Part shown: one piece after another, positions 1 through 11,382 of the stretch
Position numbering within the stretch: the first letter of the stretch is position 1
How the letters are laid out: each line of letters starts with the position of its first letter
Source: Octopus bimaculoides
Taxonomy: Eukaryota
Direction of reading: 5' to 3'
DNA: 63,987 bases
NCBI RefSeq assembly: GCF_001194135.2
Contig: NC_069006.1
Coordinates: 16,122,018-16,186,004, forward strand
Translations under genes and position numbers: made by a program
The notes under the pieces: model-generated
Database searches by the model: none
What the model was told of the DNA's origin: nothing
The model's input: the letters and a program-made list of their open reading frames with translations, nothing else

Positions 1-65
1 ACACACACACACCTCAAAGACACACACACACACCTCAAAGACACACACACACATACACAAATATA

Positions 66-193
66 TGACAGCCTTCTTTCAGTTTCCATCTACCAAATGC
101 ACTCGCAAGACACTTACAGGAGGTGTCAAGCAGTGGGACTGAACTCAGAATTATGCGGTTGGGAAGCAAGCTTCTTACCACACAGCCACGCCT
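66..193 (-). mobile_element. SINE family A, 5' part with internal deletion
   Basis: Reverse complement of the family A head and core (cttaccacacagcc, ttcagtttccatctacc) seen in the full copies at 44435 and 50794. Confidence 0.8.
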
Positions 194-223
194 AGTGAAC
201 ATGTCATTCACTCCCACCACCAC

Positions 224-264
<41 letters not shown>

Positions 265-512
265 GGAGGACTAGAATCGATGACAATGAGAATGCTGAAT
301 AGGAAGTTTGAAAGATATTAATAAAAACCCTTTTTTTTTTTTAAAGTGGGGGGGTTAGATATAAAAGCAGGAAGTTTAAGGATACAAGTCAGAAACTATC
401 AAAACTGACATCTGGGATAATTTCCATTGCTATTTATAGAAAATAGTCTCAGATTACATTAAGGAGATGCAAATCTAATGGAAGAAAGATAAAAACGAAA
501 GAAAGAAATAAA

Positions 513-543
<31 letters not shown>

Positions 544-859
544 GAGAGAGAGAGAGAGAGAAAGAAGATACAGAAAGAAAAAAAAATGAAGAAAAACAAT
601 AAATGAACAGATATCTTGATAATCCGGACATAGACACAGGCACTTGTAAACATGCACACACACACATACACGAAAACATGCGTCTCATCCCAAATAATAC
701 ATAAATAATGCACAAAAGGCAATGAAAACTGAAAGAGCCCTCAATACATGTTAAGTGAGGAGTGAAATTTTATTTATTTTCAAAAGGAACAGACTGAAAG
801 AGACCTTACAGTTTCACTGTTAAATGGCTACATATATATATATATATATATATAATATA

Positions 860-1013
860 AATAATATATAAATATATGCATATATCCATACATATATGTA
901 CATACGTATGTATATATGTATATATACATGCATATATGGGTACAGGACATCAAAAAAACGTTGGACACAATGAGAAACGAAAACATAAAAACAAAAACAT
1001 AGAAAACGAACTT

Positions 1014-1015
<2 letters not shown>
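860..1015 (-). mobile_element. Penelope-like dispersed repeat fragment
   Basis: Shares gtacaggac(a/g)tcaaaaaa block and flanks with 2350-2600, 20040-20200 and 33960-34030; the longest copy carries a hammerhead-like fold. Confidence 0.55.
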
Positions 1016-1071
<56 letters not shown>

Positions 1072-1761
1072 CACACACACATAAATACATACATACATAC
1101 ATGCATATATAAATTATGTTTCAGCTTCAAAGGGAAATTTCCCAATTACAGGCCAAGTAGTAGTAGTAGTAGCAATAACAACAAAAGCAGCAGCAATGGT
1201 GGTAGTGGTGGTGGTGGTAGTGGTGGCAGTAGCAGTAGCTTCTACTACTACAGTGATACTAGCAACATCAGCAGCAGCAGCAGCAATAATAGTGAAAGTA
1301 ATGTGGATGCTACTGCAGCAACAGCAGCAGTAGAACTAGTAGTAGTAATCGTGGTGGTGGTGGTGGTGGTGGTGGTGGTGGTAGCTATATGGTATTATAT
1401 ATCAACAATTTCAGCGATCATTTTCCACTTGTCATTATTCTAAACATTACCGGATACTTTTCAGCTATTTTCGCAGTTCTTTATTTCTTATTTCTTATTA
1501 TTCTTTTCCACTTTCACCAAAATTACTTTCTAAACTAACAACAAATGTATTACAGTGACAGGTTAAAAACTCATTACTTTTTTTTTTCCCACATGTTTCC
1601 ACTCTATCCCACCCTATTACATGTTTCCAACTCTCTCTCAGACACAGACACGAATCTTTCTCCTAATATACCTATAACTAACACAAACATTTGAAACTTA
1701 TGAGGTACTACAGAAAAAGTAGACACAGATCGCCAAATTAAAATATATCTTCACTTATAGA

Positions 1762-2108
1762 CACAGGCATAGCTGCGTGGTAAGAAGCTTGCTTCTCAAC
1801 CACATGGTTCTGGGTTCAGTCTCATTGCATGGCACCTCGAACAAGTGTATTCTGTTGTAGCCTTGGACTGACCAAAGCCTTGTGAGTGGATTTGGTAGAC
1901 AAAAATTGTCTTTGTTTGCCCCTCCCCACCCCCCATCACTGCTTGGCAACTTGTGTTAGTTTGTTTATGTCCTCCATAGCTTAGTGTTTCAGCAAAAGAG
2001 ACCAATAGAATAAGTACGAGGCTTAAAAAAAAATAAGTCATGGGGTCGAGTTGTTCAAAGTGGTGCTCCAGCATGGCCACAGTCAAAAGACTGAAATAAG
2101 TAAAAGAA
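1762..2108 (+). mobile_element. SINE family A (tRNA-derived head, CORE-like centre, LINE-like tail)
   Basis: Box A-like tagctgcgtgg, box B-like ggttcagtc, tail ccagcatggccacagtc..actgaaa. Confidence 0.85.
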
Positions 2109-2349
2109 TGTGTGTGTGTGTGTGTGTGAAAATAAATACAAAAGAAGGGTTTTGTATGATCATGTATAGAGGAATATATTATTTTATTTAANNNNNNNNN
2201 NNNNNNNNNNNNNNNNNNNNNNNNNNNNNNNNNNNNNNNNNNNNNNNNNNNNNNNNNNNNNNNNNNNNNNNNNNNNNNNNNNNNNNNNNNNNNNNNNNNN
2301 NNNNNNNNNNNNNNNNNNNNNNNNNNNNNNNNNNNNNNNNNNNNNNNNN

Positions 2350-2600
2350 ATATATATATATATATATAATACAAATGATATATGACCATATGCATGTATA
2401 CATACATCTACATGTATATATAGATGCATATCCGGGTACAGGACGTCAAAAAACGTGGGCAAAAAAGGAACGGGAACATATACAAAAAAGCACAAAAAAC
2501 GAACTTCTTTTTCCAGACAACAGAACGAACACATAGGAAAACAGACAAGCCACATATGGAACTTTTCCTTTATCAGCTGCCTCTATTCTAAACTAGGCGT
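2350..2600 (-). mobile_element. Penelope-like dispersed repeat fragment
   Basis: Reverse complement aligns by eye with 19990-20200. Confidence 0.55.
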
Positions 2601-2818
2601 TTATGTCTGTGTTTGTCACCCTACTATCGACTGACAGCTGATGTTGGTGTGTTTATGTACCCATAATTTTGCGGTTTGGCAAAAGAGACTGACAGAATAA
2701 GTACTAGGATAAAAAATAAAATTTTCAATTGGTCCTGGGGCCGATTTGTTCAACTAAAACCCTTCAAGGTGGTGTCCCAGCATGGTCACAGTCAACTAAC
2801 TGAAACAAGTAAAAGACA
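2600..2818 (+). mobile_element. SINE family A, 3' half
   Basis: gtgtttgtc..gatgttggtgtgtttatg..agaataagtactagg..ccagcatggtcacagtc. Confidence 0.8.
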
Positions 2819-3111
2819 TTCTATGTTTAAAGACTACTCTTATAGAAACTTCTTTCAAAATTTCTATTTTGCCTTCCACACATTAACTTGTGAAGGTTGA
2901 ACTACATAAAATGTTAGAGAAAGAAACCCAGCTGTTTCTTGCAACACATACCAATACATAAATACATACATCGTCATCATCATTGTCATTTAACACCCGC
3001 TTTCCATGGGTTGACTATGAAGTGGTTCCACACACCCCAAAACCCTAGAACACCTTCACCAGGGTCCCACTACTGGATGGTCTAAATCATGAACATTGCA
3101 ATCATATCTAT

Positions 3112-3320
3112 TATTCTTTTACTTCCTTCAAGTCATTTAACTGTGGCCAAGCTGGGGCACCACTTCAAAGGGGTTTTTAGTCAAATAAATTGACACCAGG
3201 ACTTTTTTTTTTAAACCTATTACTTTGCTGAACTGCTAAGTTACAGGGATGTAAAAACACCACCACCAGTTGTCTAGTGGTGGTGGGGAACAATCACACA
3301 CACATACATATATGGGCAAT
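3112..3320 (-). mobile_element. SINE family A, 3' half
   Basis: Reverse complement of tail (actgtggccaagctggggcacc). Confidence 0.75.
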
Positions 3321-4509
3321 TCCATGCAAAAGAAGACAAAAAGTCTAAAATTATGATAAAACTGTGCTACCATAATTTATGCATTTTTTTTGTTCCCATA
3401 AGCCAATCAGGTTCAAGAAAGTAAAAAAAAATTTCTGCTGGACTATTGTCATGTGACCAGGGCAGCCATCTTGGATCCAGTCTATAAGATGACGATTGGA
3501 CTGCAAGGACAAAAGGTAGGTATCCAGTTCCATCCTAGGAAAAAATTAACTTTCCCTCTTCGAAAGATGTATTTTCAGGAAGGTCTAGAGTAAAACTACA
3601 GTTTGGCAGTGTTATTTTTTGGGAGATCATCCTGCTTGCCAACAAAAACATAATTTATATTTTGGCATTATAAGTTTAGTCTACAAAATCCTGACAAATA
3701 ATTACTTTAAAACAATGCAACAGTTATGACATGTTATGTTATAAGGAGCATTTTCAGTTATGTGTACCTGCTTGTGCATTGTTCATGGAAATTTCAGCCA
3801 CATTACGATCACTGACTTACTGTATTATAGGGCTCCCACAGTTACCTGCAATGCATGTAAAATGTCCGGATTGAATTATCTAAGACATGTGCTACAGTAA
3901 GCTTCAAGAAATATTTTTTAGAACTTTGTGTCCAAGTGCAGCACACATTTTCAATGCATAGTGTGTGTGTTTTACCTTTTGGTCAATTCCTCATATTCCT
4001 GATAGATTAAAATAGAGATGTGGAACACCAATTGAGTTTCAGTGTTGCATCTGTTACACATTTCTAAGTGGAAATGTTGCATCAGTTACGTGTACCTGTT
4101 GCGTCAGTTACATTTTACCAAAGGCACTGCAGCATGTATCAAACAATAGTGTTGGATATGAAAGCATGTATAACATCCATACTACTCCAGGTTTCTTTTG
4201 ATATAAAAAAAATTGCTTCCACTTGTAAATTTTCTGCACAGGGTTCCTAGCATAAGTACTACCAAGTCAGGTACCATGTTTATTTTTCTATTGCATCAGT
4301 TATGCAAGTTTTTATTCTCTCTAAGACAAGCTAGTTCAAACACAGAATTACAATACATATATAACAAAATTTATGGGCCACGGCAGTTGAAGTATTCATG
4401 GGTTGTTACATTTCAGTTAGCTTAAGTAAGAATCCAGAACATTTTTAAGATTAAAGGTTTCGGATTAAATCATAAATGTTGCATCAGTTATAATGGAATT
4501 GTTCAGATA

Positions 4510-4905
4510 CAACAGGCTTCTTTCAGTTTCTTTTTTCTTTATTGCCTACAAGGGGCTAAACAGAGAGGGGACAAACAAGGACAGACAGAGGGATTAAGTC
4601 AATTATATCAACCTCAGTGCGTAACTGGTACTTATTTAATCGACCCCGAAAGGATGAAAGGCAAAGTCGACCTTGGTGGGATTTGAACTCAGAACGTAAC
4701 GGCAGACGAAATACCGCTAAGCATTTCATCTGCTGTGCTAACGTCTCTGCCAGCTCGCCATCTTCAGTTTCTGTCTACCAAATCCACTCATAAGGCTTTG
4801 GTCAGCTCGAGGCTATAGTAGAAAATACTTGCCCAAGATGCCATGCAATGAGACTGAATCCAGAACCATGTGGTTGGGAAGCAAGCTTCTTACAACACAG
4901 CCACA
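4510..4905 (-). mobile_element. SINE family A 5' half interrupted by a family B SINE
   Basis: Family A sequence resumes after the insert with duplicated ttcagtttct (4522-4531, 4763-4772). Confidence 0.85.
4532..4760 (-). mobile_element. SINE family B, full length, nested in family A
   Basis: Head ggcgagctggcag..gttagca, gttcaaat box B, core gtcgactttgcctttcatcctttcggggtcg; TSD ttcagtttct. Confidence 0.9.
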
Positions 4906-5245
4906 TTTGTGATATAATAATCATTGAAGTCAACTCTTACTCAGCATAATATAGGATTTTTATTTTAAATTTCCAAGAAAGAATTCATGTAGATGCTGGC
5001 AAGGCAAAATGAGTTTGTTTCTTTTGCTTCCTATTAGAACATCAAGGTGAATGACAGAGATCTTTTATGGAGATATGAGGTTGGTGAGCTTCAATTAATT
5101 CCTAAATGCTGGTCCCTCGTCTAATGTTTTCTAGGTAATGGCAAGTTTATTTCAAATATCATATGATCTCTTGAAAATACAGCAATCACAATGCAACCAT
5201 TAACAGACATTACTTTTCAGAGTGCTGATGTGCAAGGTCAGCCAA

Positions 5246-5277
<32 letters not shown>

Positions 5278-5308
5278 CATATATATATACACACACACAC
5301 ATGTGGTA

Positions 5309-5356
5309 TGACGTCAGTGACTGGGGAGCTGACCGGAAGGGCGAGTTGACCGGAAG
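5309..5356. promoter_or_regulatory. CRE palindrome plus two ETS-like motifs
   Basis: TGACGTCA at 5309-5316; CCGGAAG at 5333-5339 and 5350-5356. Motif match only. Confidence 0.3.
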
Positions 5357-5499
5357 AGGAAGAAGGGCAGAGGGAGCCTCGATCGGGATAAGGAAGCCTC
5401 TATGCAGTTGCTTGACCAGCTAGAAATAGTAGCCAAATCTCTTTGAAATACACACCCTACCACCATATATATATGATAGATTGCTGACCACAACATTCA

Positions 5500-5653
5500 A
5501 ATTTTTTTCTGCGTGTTTTTCTCATTTCTTTCTGTTGAAGAGCGTAGCTTGAAATGTTAAAGACTTTCTCTATTCCCGAGCGTTAAACTAATACATCCTT
5601 TTGTTGTTTACACCACCTGTCCTCGTCCGTTGTTGTTTTATTCGTAAATTCTC

Positions 5654-5655
<2 letters not shown>
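5500..5655 (+). mobile_element. Penelope-like repeat 3' segment
   Basis: Near-identical to 20225-20397; ends in (TA)n. Confidence 0.65.
5527..5563 (+). ncRNA. Decayed minimal hammerhead-like fold
   Basis: TCTTT-CTGTTGA-A-GAGC gta GCTT-GAAAT-GTT-AAAGA; two C>T changes versus the 20269 copy. Confidence 0.4.
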
Positions 5656-5689
<34 letters not shown>

Positions 5690-6756
5690 TTAGGGAAAAG
5701 AACCAAGGTTTATGAACTCATCGATGAGTATATACTTTATACTGTGAAGCTTAATTTAATTTTAATTTTTAATAAATTGATTTTAATTGAGTTTTTACCT
5801 GTAATTTTGGATTTTATCTCTAATATTATTATATATATATGTGTGTGTATAAAAGGTACATTGGATAATATAGGCCTACATATGTCTAAAAAGATGGGAA
5901 GGTCATGGACGGATGCCTTTGATTATAGCTTTGCTCAATCAGCACTGACTGGGCTGGAGTTAAACAACAAACTAATAATTTCTCGATAGGAAAGAGTTAA
6001 GTAAGCACATGATTTTGCAGACATCCACAAATAGCACCACTCAAGCCTGGCACACATACATGGCTTGGCCTCCATTTGTCTGGCAGTCAGAGATTTCTTC
6101 ATCAACAAATGAGATAAACTACTTACTCTATAAAACCACCCTTGGGGCAACAAACTTGTCTTTGATTTATTTAAAAGCATTTTACACACACACAAGCACA
6201 AAGATATACAAGCGGTGATGTACACACACTCCACATTCTCATATATATATATATACAAAGATAAAACAAAACATACAAAGAGAAAGGCATGTACTCACAC
6301 AGACAAGCACACTTTAATGTGAGAGAAGACATTAAAATACTTGAAAAGACCAATGCATGATATGAAGCGACAGGTAATAAGTGGTACTGCAGAACAACAA
6401 TGAAAATAATGGAAAATTTCTTTCAATTTTGGAGGTTTTTTTAAAAAAAAAGAAATCAATATACAAACACACATATATACATGTTACACATGACATAAAA
6501 AGAATCAATAAAATATGCATAAACACACATGCCCATCCATACTTCATACATCATACATGTGTGTGTGTGTGTGTGTGTATATACACATATATATATACAC
6601 ATACATTATATATATATATATATATATATAGTGGCTGCTTTCTCATATACAAGCAAAGCCATTGCTAGAAAGAATCACTGAAATGAGTCATTGATAATGC
6701 AGTGTGAGGCCCCTTATATGATGCTTGAGCCCCCACCAAAGATTTGCACATTTTAT

Positions 6757-6823
<67 letters not shown>

Positions 6824-6870
6824 ATGTATGTATGTATGCATATGTATATATGAAGAAAGAAGAAAGCAAA

Positions 6871-6915
6871 GGACCACTGATGAGGTCACAGAAGTGTGAC
6901 GAAAGAACTCTGGCC
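6871..6915 (+). ncRNA. Minimal type I hammerhead ribozyme motif
   Basis: GGACCA-CTGATGA-G-GTCACA gaag TGTGAC-GAAA-GAAC-TC-TGGCC: canonical core, 6-bp stem II, stem I with one bulge. Confidence 0.65.
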
Positions 6916-7026
6916 GAAATAGGATTAATGTAACGTAATGTAATATAAAGCTGAAGCAAATTAACACCAAATATACAGTGCGTGTGTTTTTTATTGGTTA
7001 AACTGGCAATATGACCATCCCCAAGT

Positions 7027-7062
<36 letters not shown>

Positions 7063-7197
7063 TACGGAGATGTACTTGCATAGCAAGTGACCTGATCTGA
7101 GATCGTGTGATGGAACGAAAACAATTGCAGCGTGGAAGGTGTTTATAAGCCATTTAAAACAACACACAAAATCCGTTAGATTCACTTCAACATTTAA

Positions 7198-7255
<58 letters not shown>

Positions 7256-7434
7256 ACATACATACACAAACACACACATTTAAATACTTACACATACATA
7301 ATACAATGAAACAATGATAGAGCTTCAGGTCTTGACAATGTAGTCATAAATATATTCAGACAGGATGGTCATGGCCGAACATTTTCAATCATAATTCTGC
7401 TTCGACAAGCACACACACACACTTATGTACCACA

Positions 7435-7666
7435 AGGCGGCGAGCTGGCAGAAACGTTAGCACGTCGGGCGAAATGCTTAGCGGTATTTCGTCTGTCTTT
7501 ACATTCTGAGTTCAAATTCCGCTGAGGTCATCTTTGCCTTTCATCCTTTCGGGGTCGATCAAATAAGTTCCAGTTACGCACTGGGGTCGGTATAATCGAC
7601 TTAATCTGTTTGTCTGTCCTTGTTTGTCCCCTCTGTGTGTAGCCCCTTGTGGGTAGTAAAGAAATA
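7435..7666 (+). mobile_element. SINE family B, full length
   Basis: 18-bp TSD acacacttatgtaccaca at 7417-7434 and 7667-7684. Confidence 0.92.
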
Positions 7667-8957
7667 ACACACTTATGTACCACACACACGCACACACACA
7701 CACACATGTGCATGCACATATACATGAGATGATTCTTACTTTTCTAGTCCTTGCTACAATACAAACACTTAATATCTTAAATACTCTCATTAAGAAAAGA
7801 CCAAGAGGCTGCAAGGACCTCTCACTATGAAAATAACTAAACTTACTACATTAGCTAAATAAACAAACTGGCTGAACTTTATAATGAAGCTGTGTCATAA
7901 TACTTGTGGTGGGGGCAGAGAGACAGAGAGAAAGAGACAGAGGGTGGGAGAGAGAGAAAAAAAGGGGGAGGAGAAGGAGGAAGCAACAGAGCTTGTTCTG
8001 TGTCTAGTTTAACTTAGTGTTTTGTTTAAGCTTTGCCTTGCCTTCCTTGGCTCTGGCCTGACATATAATATCAAACACCCAAGTTTAAGCCAAAATACAA
8101 GGAAAAACACGAGTAGATGCAACGCATATATGCACACACATCATGAAAAGAATATGAGCATACCCATGCCCCCTCCTCTTCCATATGAAACAAAGTGTAC
8201 ACACACACACACACANNNNNNNNNNNNNNNNNNNNNNNNNNNNNNNNNNNNNNNNNNNNNNNNNNNNNNNNNNNNNNNNNNNNNNNNNNNNNNNNNNNNN
8301 NNNNNNNNNNNNNNNNNNNNNNNNNNNNNNNNNNNNNNNNNNNNNNNNNNNNNNNNNNNNNNNNNNNNNNNNNNNNNNNNNNNNNNNNNNNNNNNNNNNN
8401 NNNNNNNNNNNNNNNNNNNNNNNNNNNNNNNNNNNNNNNNNNNNNNNNNNNNNNNNNNNNNNNNNNNNNNNNNNNNNNNNNNNNNNNNNNNNNNNNNNNN
8501 NNNNNNNNNNNNNNNNNNNNNNNNNNNNNNNNNNNNNNNNNNNNNNNNNNNNNNNNNNNNNNNNNNNNNNNNNNNNNNNNNNNNNNNNNNNNNNNNNNNN
8601 NNNNNNNNNNNNNNNNNNNNNNNNNNNNNNNNNNNNNNNNNNNNNNNNNNNNNNNNNNNNNNNNNNNNNNNNNNNNNNNNNNNNNNNNNNNNNNNNNNNN
8701 NNNNNNNNNNNNNNNNNNNNNNNNNNNNNNNNNNNNNNNNNNNNNNNNNNNNNNNNNNNNNNNNNNNNNNNNNNNNNNNNNNNNNNNNNNNNNNNNNNNN
8801 NNNNNNNNNNNNNNNNNNNNNNNNNNNNNNNNNNNNNNNNNNNNNNNNNNNNNNNNNNNNNNNNNNNNNNNNNNNNNNNNNNNNNNNNNNNNNNNNNNNN
8901 NNNNNNNNNNNNNNNNNNNNNNNNNNNNNNNNNNNNNNNNNNNNNNNATATACATAA

Positions 8958-9133
8958 TACAGTTCTATATTTAAGAGATGAGGAATTATGTACATTATTT
9001 ACATTCGACGGATATTTGTCCTCATCTTGTTTGTTGTTAACACAACATTTCGGCTGATATACCCACCAGCCTTCTTCAGGTGTCTTGGGGGAATTTCAAA
9101 CCTGGGTTCTCATTCCTAAGGTATTTTTCGATG

Positions 9134-9165
<32 letters not shown>

Positions 9166-9244
9166 GTTCAGGTCCCTGCTTGGAATCGAACTCGGAATTT
9201 TGGGGTTAGTAGTCCGTGCTCTTAACCACTACACCATATGCCCG
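8958..9244 (-). mobile_element. tRNA-headed retroposon with internal (AAT)n and hammerhead-bearing tail
   Basis: Minus strand: box A TGGTGTAGTGG, box B GTTCGATTC, (AAT)n, then CTGAAGA..GAAA fold. Confidence 0.75.
9039..9084 (-). ncRNA. Minimal type I hammerhead ribozyme motif
   Basis: GACAC-CTGAAGA-A-GGCTG (10 nt) CAGCC-GAAAT-GTT-GTGTT: 5-bp stem II, 5-bp stem I with one G-U pair. Confidence 0.65.
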
Positions 9245-10140
9245 CTAAGTTACAAGGACATAAACACACCAGCATCAGTTGTCAAGCAATATTGGGGTGA
9301 CAAACACAGACACACAAACATACACATATATATTATATATATATATAAACACTATATATATATATATATATATATATNNNNNNNNNNNNNNNNNNNNNNN
9401 NNNNNNNNNNNNNNNNNNNNNNNNNNNNNNNNNNNNNNNNNNNNNNNNNNNNNNNNNNNNNNNNNNNNNNNNNNNNNNNNNNNNNNNNNNNNNNNNNNNN
9501 NNNNNNNNNNNNNNNNNNNNNNNNNNNNNNNNNNNNNNNNNNNNNNNNNNNNNNNNNNNNNNNNNNNNNNNNNNNNNNNNNNNNNNNNNNNNNNNNNNNN
9601 NNNNNNNNNNNNNNNNNNNNNNNNNNNNNNNNNNNNNNNNNNNNNNNNNNNNNNNNNNNNNNNNNNNNNNNNNNNNNNNNNNNNNNNNNNNNNNNNNNNN
9701 NNNNNNNNNNNNNNNNNNNNNNNNNNNNNNNNNNNNNNNNNNNNNNNNNNNNNNNNNNNNNNNNNNNNNNNNNNNNNNNNNNNNNNNNNNNNNNNNNNNN
9801 NNNNNNNNNNNNNNNNNNNNNNNNNNNNNNNNNNNNNNNNNNNNNNNNNNNNNNNNNNNNNNNNNNNNNNNNNNNNNNNNNNNNNNNNNNNNNNNNNNNN
9901 NNNNNNNNNNNNNNNNNNNNNNNNNNNNNNNNNNNNNNNNNNNNNNNNNNNNNNNNNNNNNNNNNNNNNNNNNNNNNNNNNNNNNNNNNNNNNNTATATA
10001 TATATATATATATATATATATGACAGGCTTCTTTCAGTTTCCATCCAGCAAATCTTGAGGCTATATAAATGACATTTGCCCAGTGTGCTATGCAGTGGGA
10101 CTGAACCTGGAAGCAAATTTCTTACCACACAGCCATGCCA
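9245..10140 (-). mobile_element. SINE family A spanning an N gap
   Basis: Middle part at 9245-9320 and head at 10021-10140, separated by (TA)n and Ns. Confidence 0.7.
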
Positions 10141-11311
10141 GCACCTATTCATCCTTTAAAATTATGTAAGTGTCATGCAGTCTACATTTATCCAAAGAAC
10201 AGAGAGAGGAAAGAGGAAAGAGTAGTCACGAAAGTGTTTGCGAGTGTGTGTGTGTGTGTGTGTGTGTGTGTTGGTACAGTACTCTTCAGGTCTAAATCTA
10301 ATCTAAACAGACCAAATGTCACGTGTTCCTTCAAAGTGTGTGAGGGGAGAGTGGGGAATGACTGTCCTTGGAAGTTGTTGTGATTGCTATTGTTTACTGT
10401 TTATTTTAAAAGCAATCACAGGAATTAAAAGAAGCAATCATCATTACTAACATCATCATCATCGCCACATCACCACCACCACCATCATCATCAATGTCAA
10501 TACTATCATATAGGCTTCATTGTCATGGAAACAGTAGGTAGGTTGATCTTACATAAGTAAACAATAGCCTGGGGATGTAAATTAAATATACTGAGTAAAA
10601 CATCCATCATCATCGTCATTGTCATCATTATCATCATCAACATCATCATCACCACCACCACCACCACCATCGTTGTCAACATCATCATCATCATCATCAT
10701 TGTCATCAGGTTGTTGTTTTTGTTAGATTTTTTTAGCAGTGGGGTAGGGGCCCATAAGCAAGATGTAAAGAACCCATGATCCCTTGTGATTTTAGAAAAA
10801 ACAAACAGGGAGGGGGTGGGGATTAACTTTAATCTCAACAATGATAAAGCACTAAAACTTTATCCTGCACAACAGTCAATCTTCATCTACATCTTTACTA
10901 CTTCTACTACTATTCACTCCCAGCCTTTTCTTCTTTTATCTTCATTTATTTATTTATTTATTTATTTATCATTATTATTATTATTTTCTTGGCTTGATAC
11001 TTCACCCATGACATTTCTCATTTAACTAACACACTAAGACATGATCAAAGTAACCGTCACACACACACAAACACATACACATACACATACACACTTTCTC
11101 CCTCTCTCTCTTTCCTTCTCTCCATTATACACACTCTGCATTGAGACATAAACACTAAGTCACACTCACTAAACACTCTGTCAGTGTCTTTTTACTCACA
11201 CCTTGCTCATTCAGTTTCATTGCAGCTGTAATCCTATTTAATACCAAATTCTTGAAATGATTTTTTTAACAGAGAAAGTTCAGAGAGCTTTTACTTCTGT
11301 TGGTAACCAAA

Positions 11312-11370
<59 letters not shown>

Positions 11371-11382
11371 TTATATCTCTCT

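Noticed and set aside
35-1145. Poly-M/V, SL, CV, IY and TH ORFs here and throughout the ORF track
   Set aside because: Translations of (CAT)n, (GA)n, (CA)n and (TA)n microsatellites.
5135-5165. Possible exon GNGKFISNII* after a 51-bp intron
   Set aside because: Intron very short and peptide unrecognised; no support.
8022-10152. Long 250-430 aa ORFs (also at 21361, 35698, 48571, 58860)
   Set aside because: Length comes from N runs translated as X.
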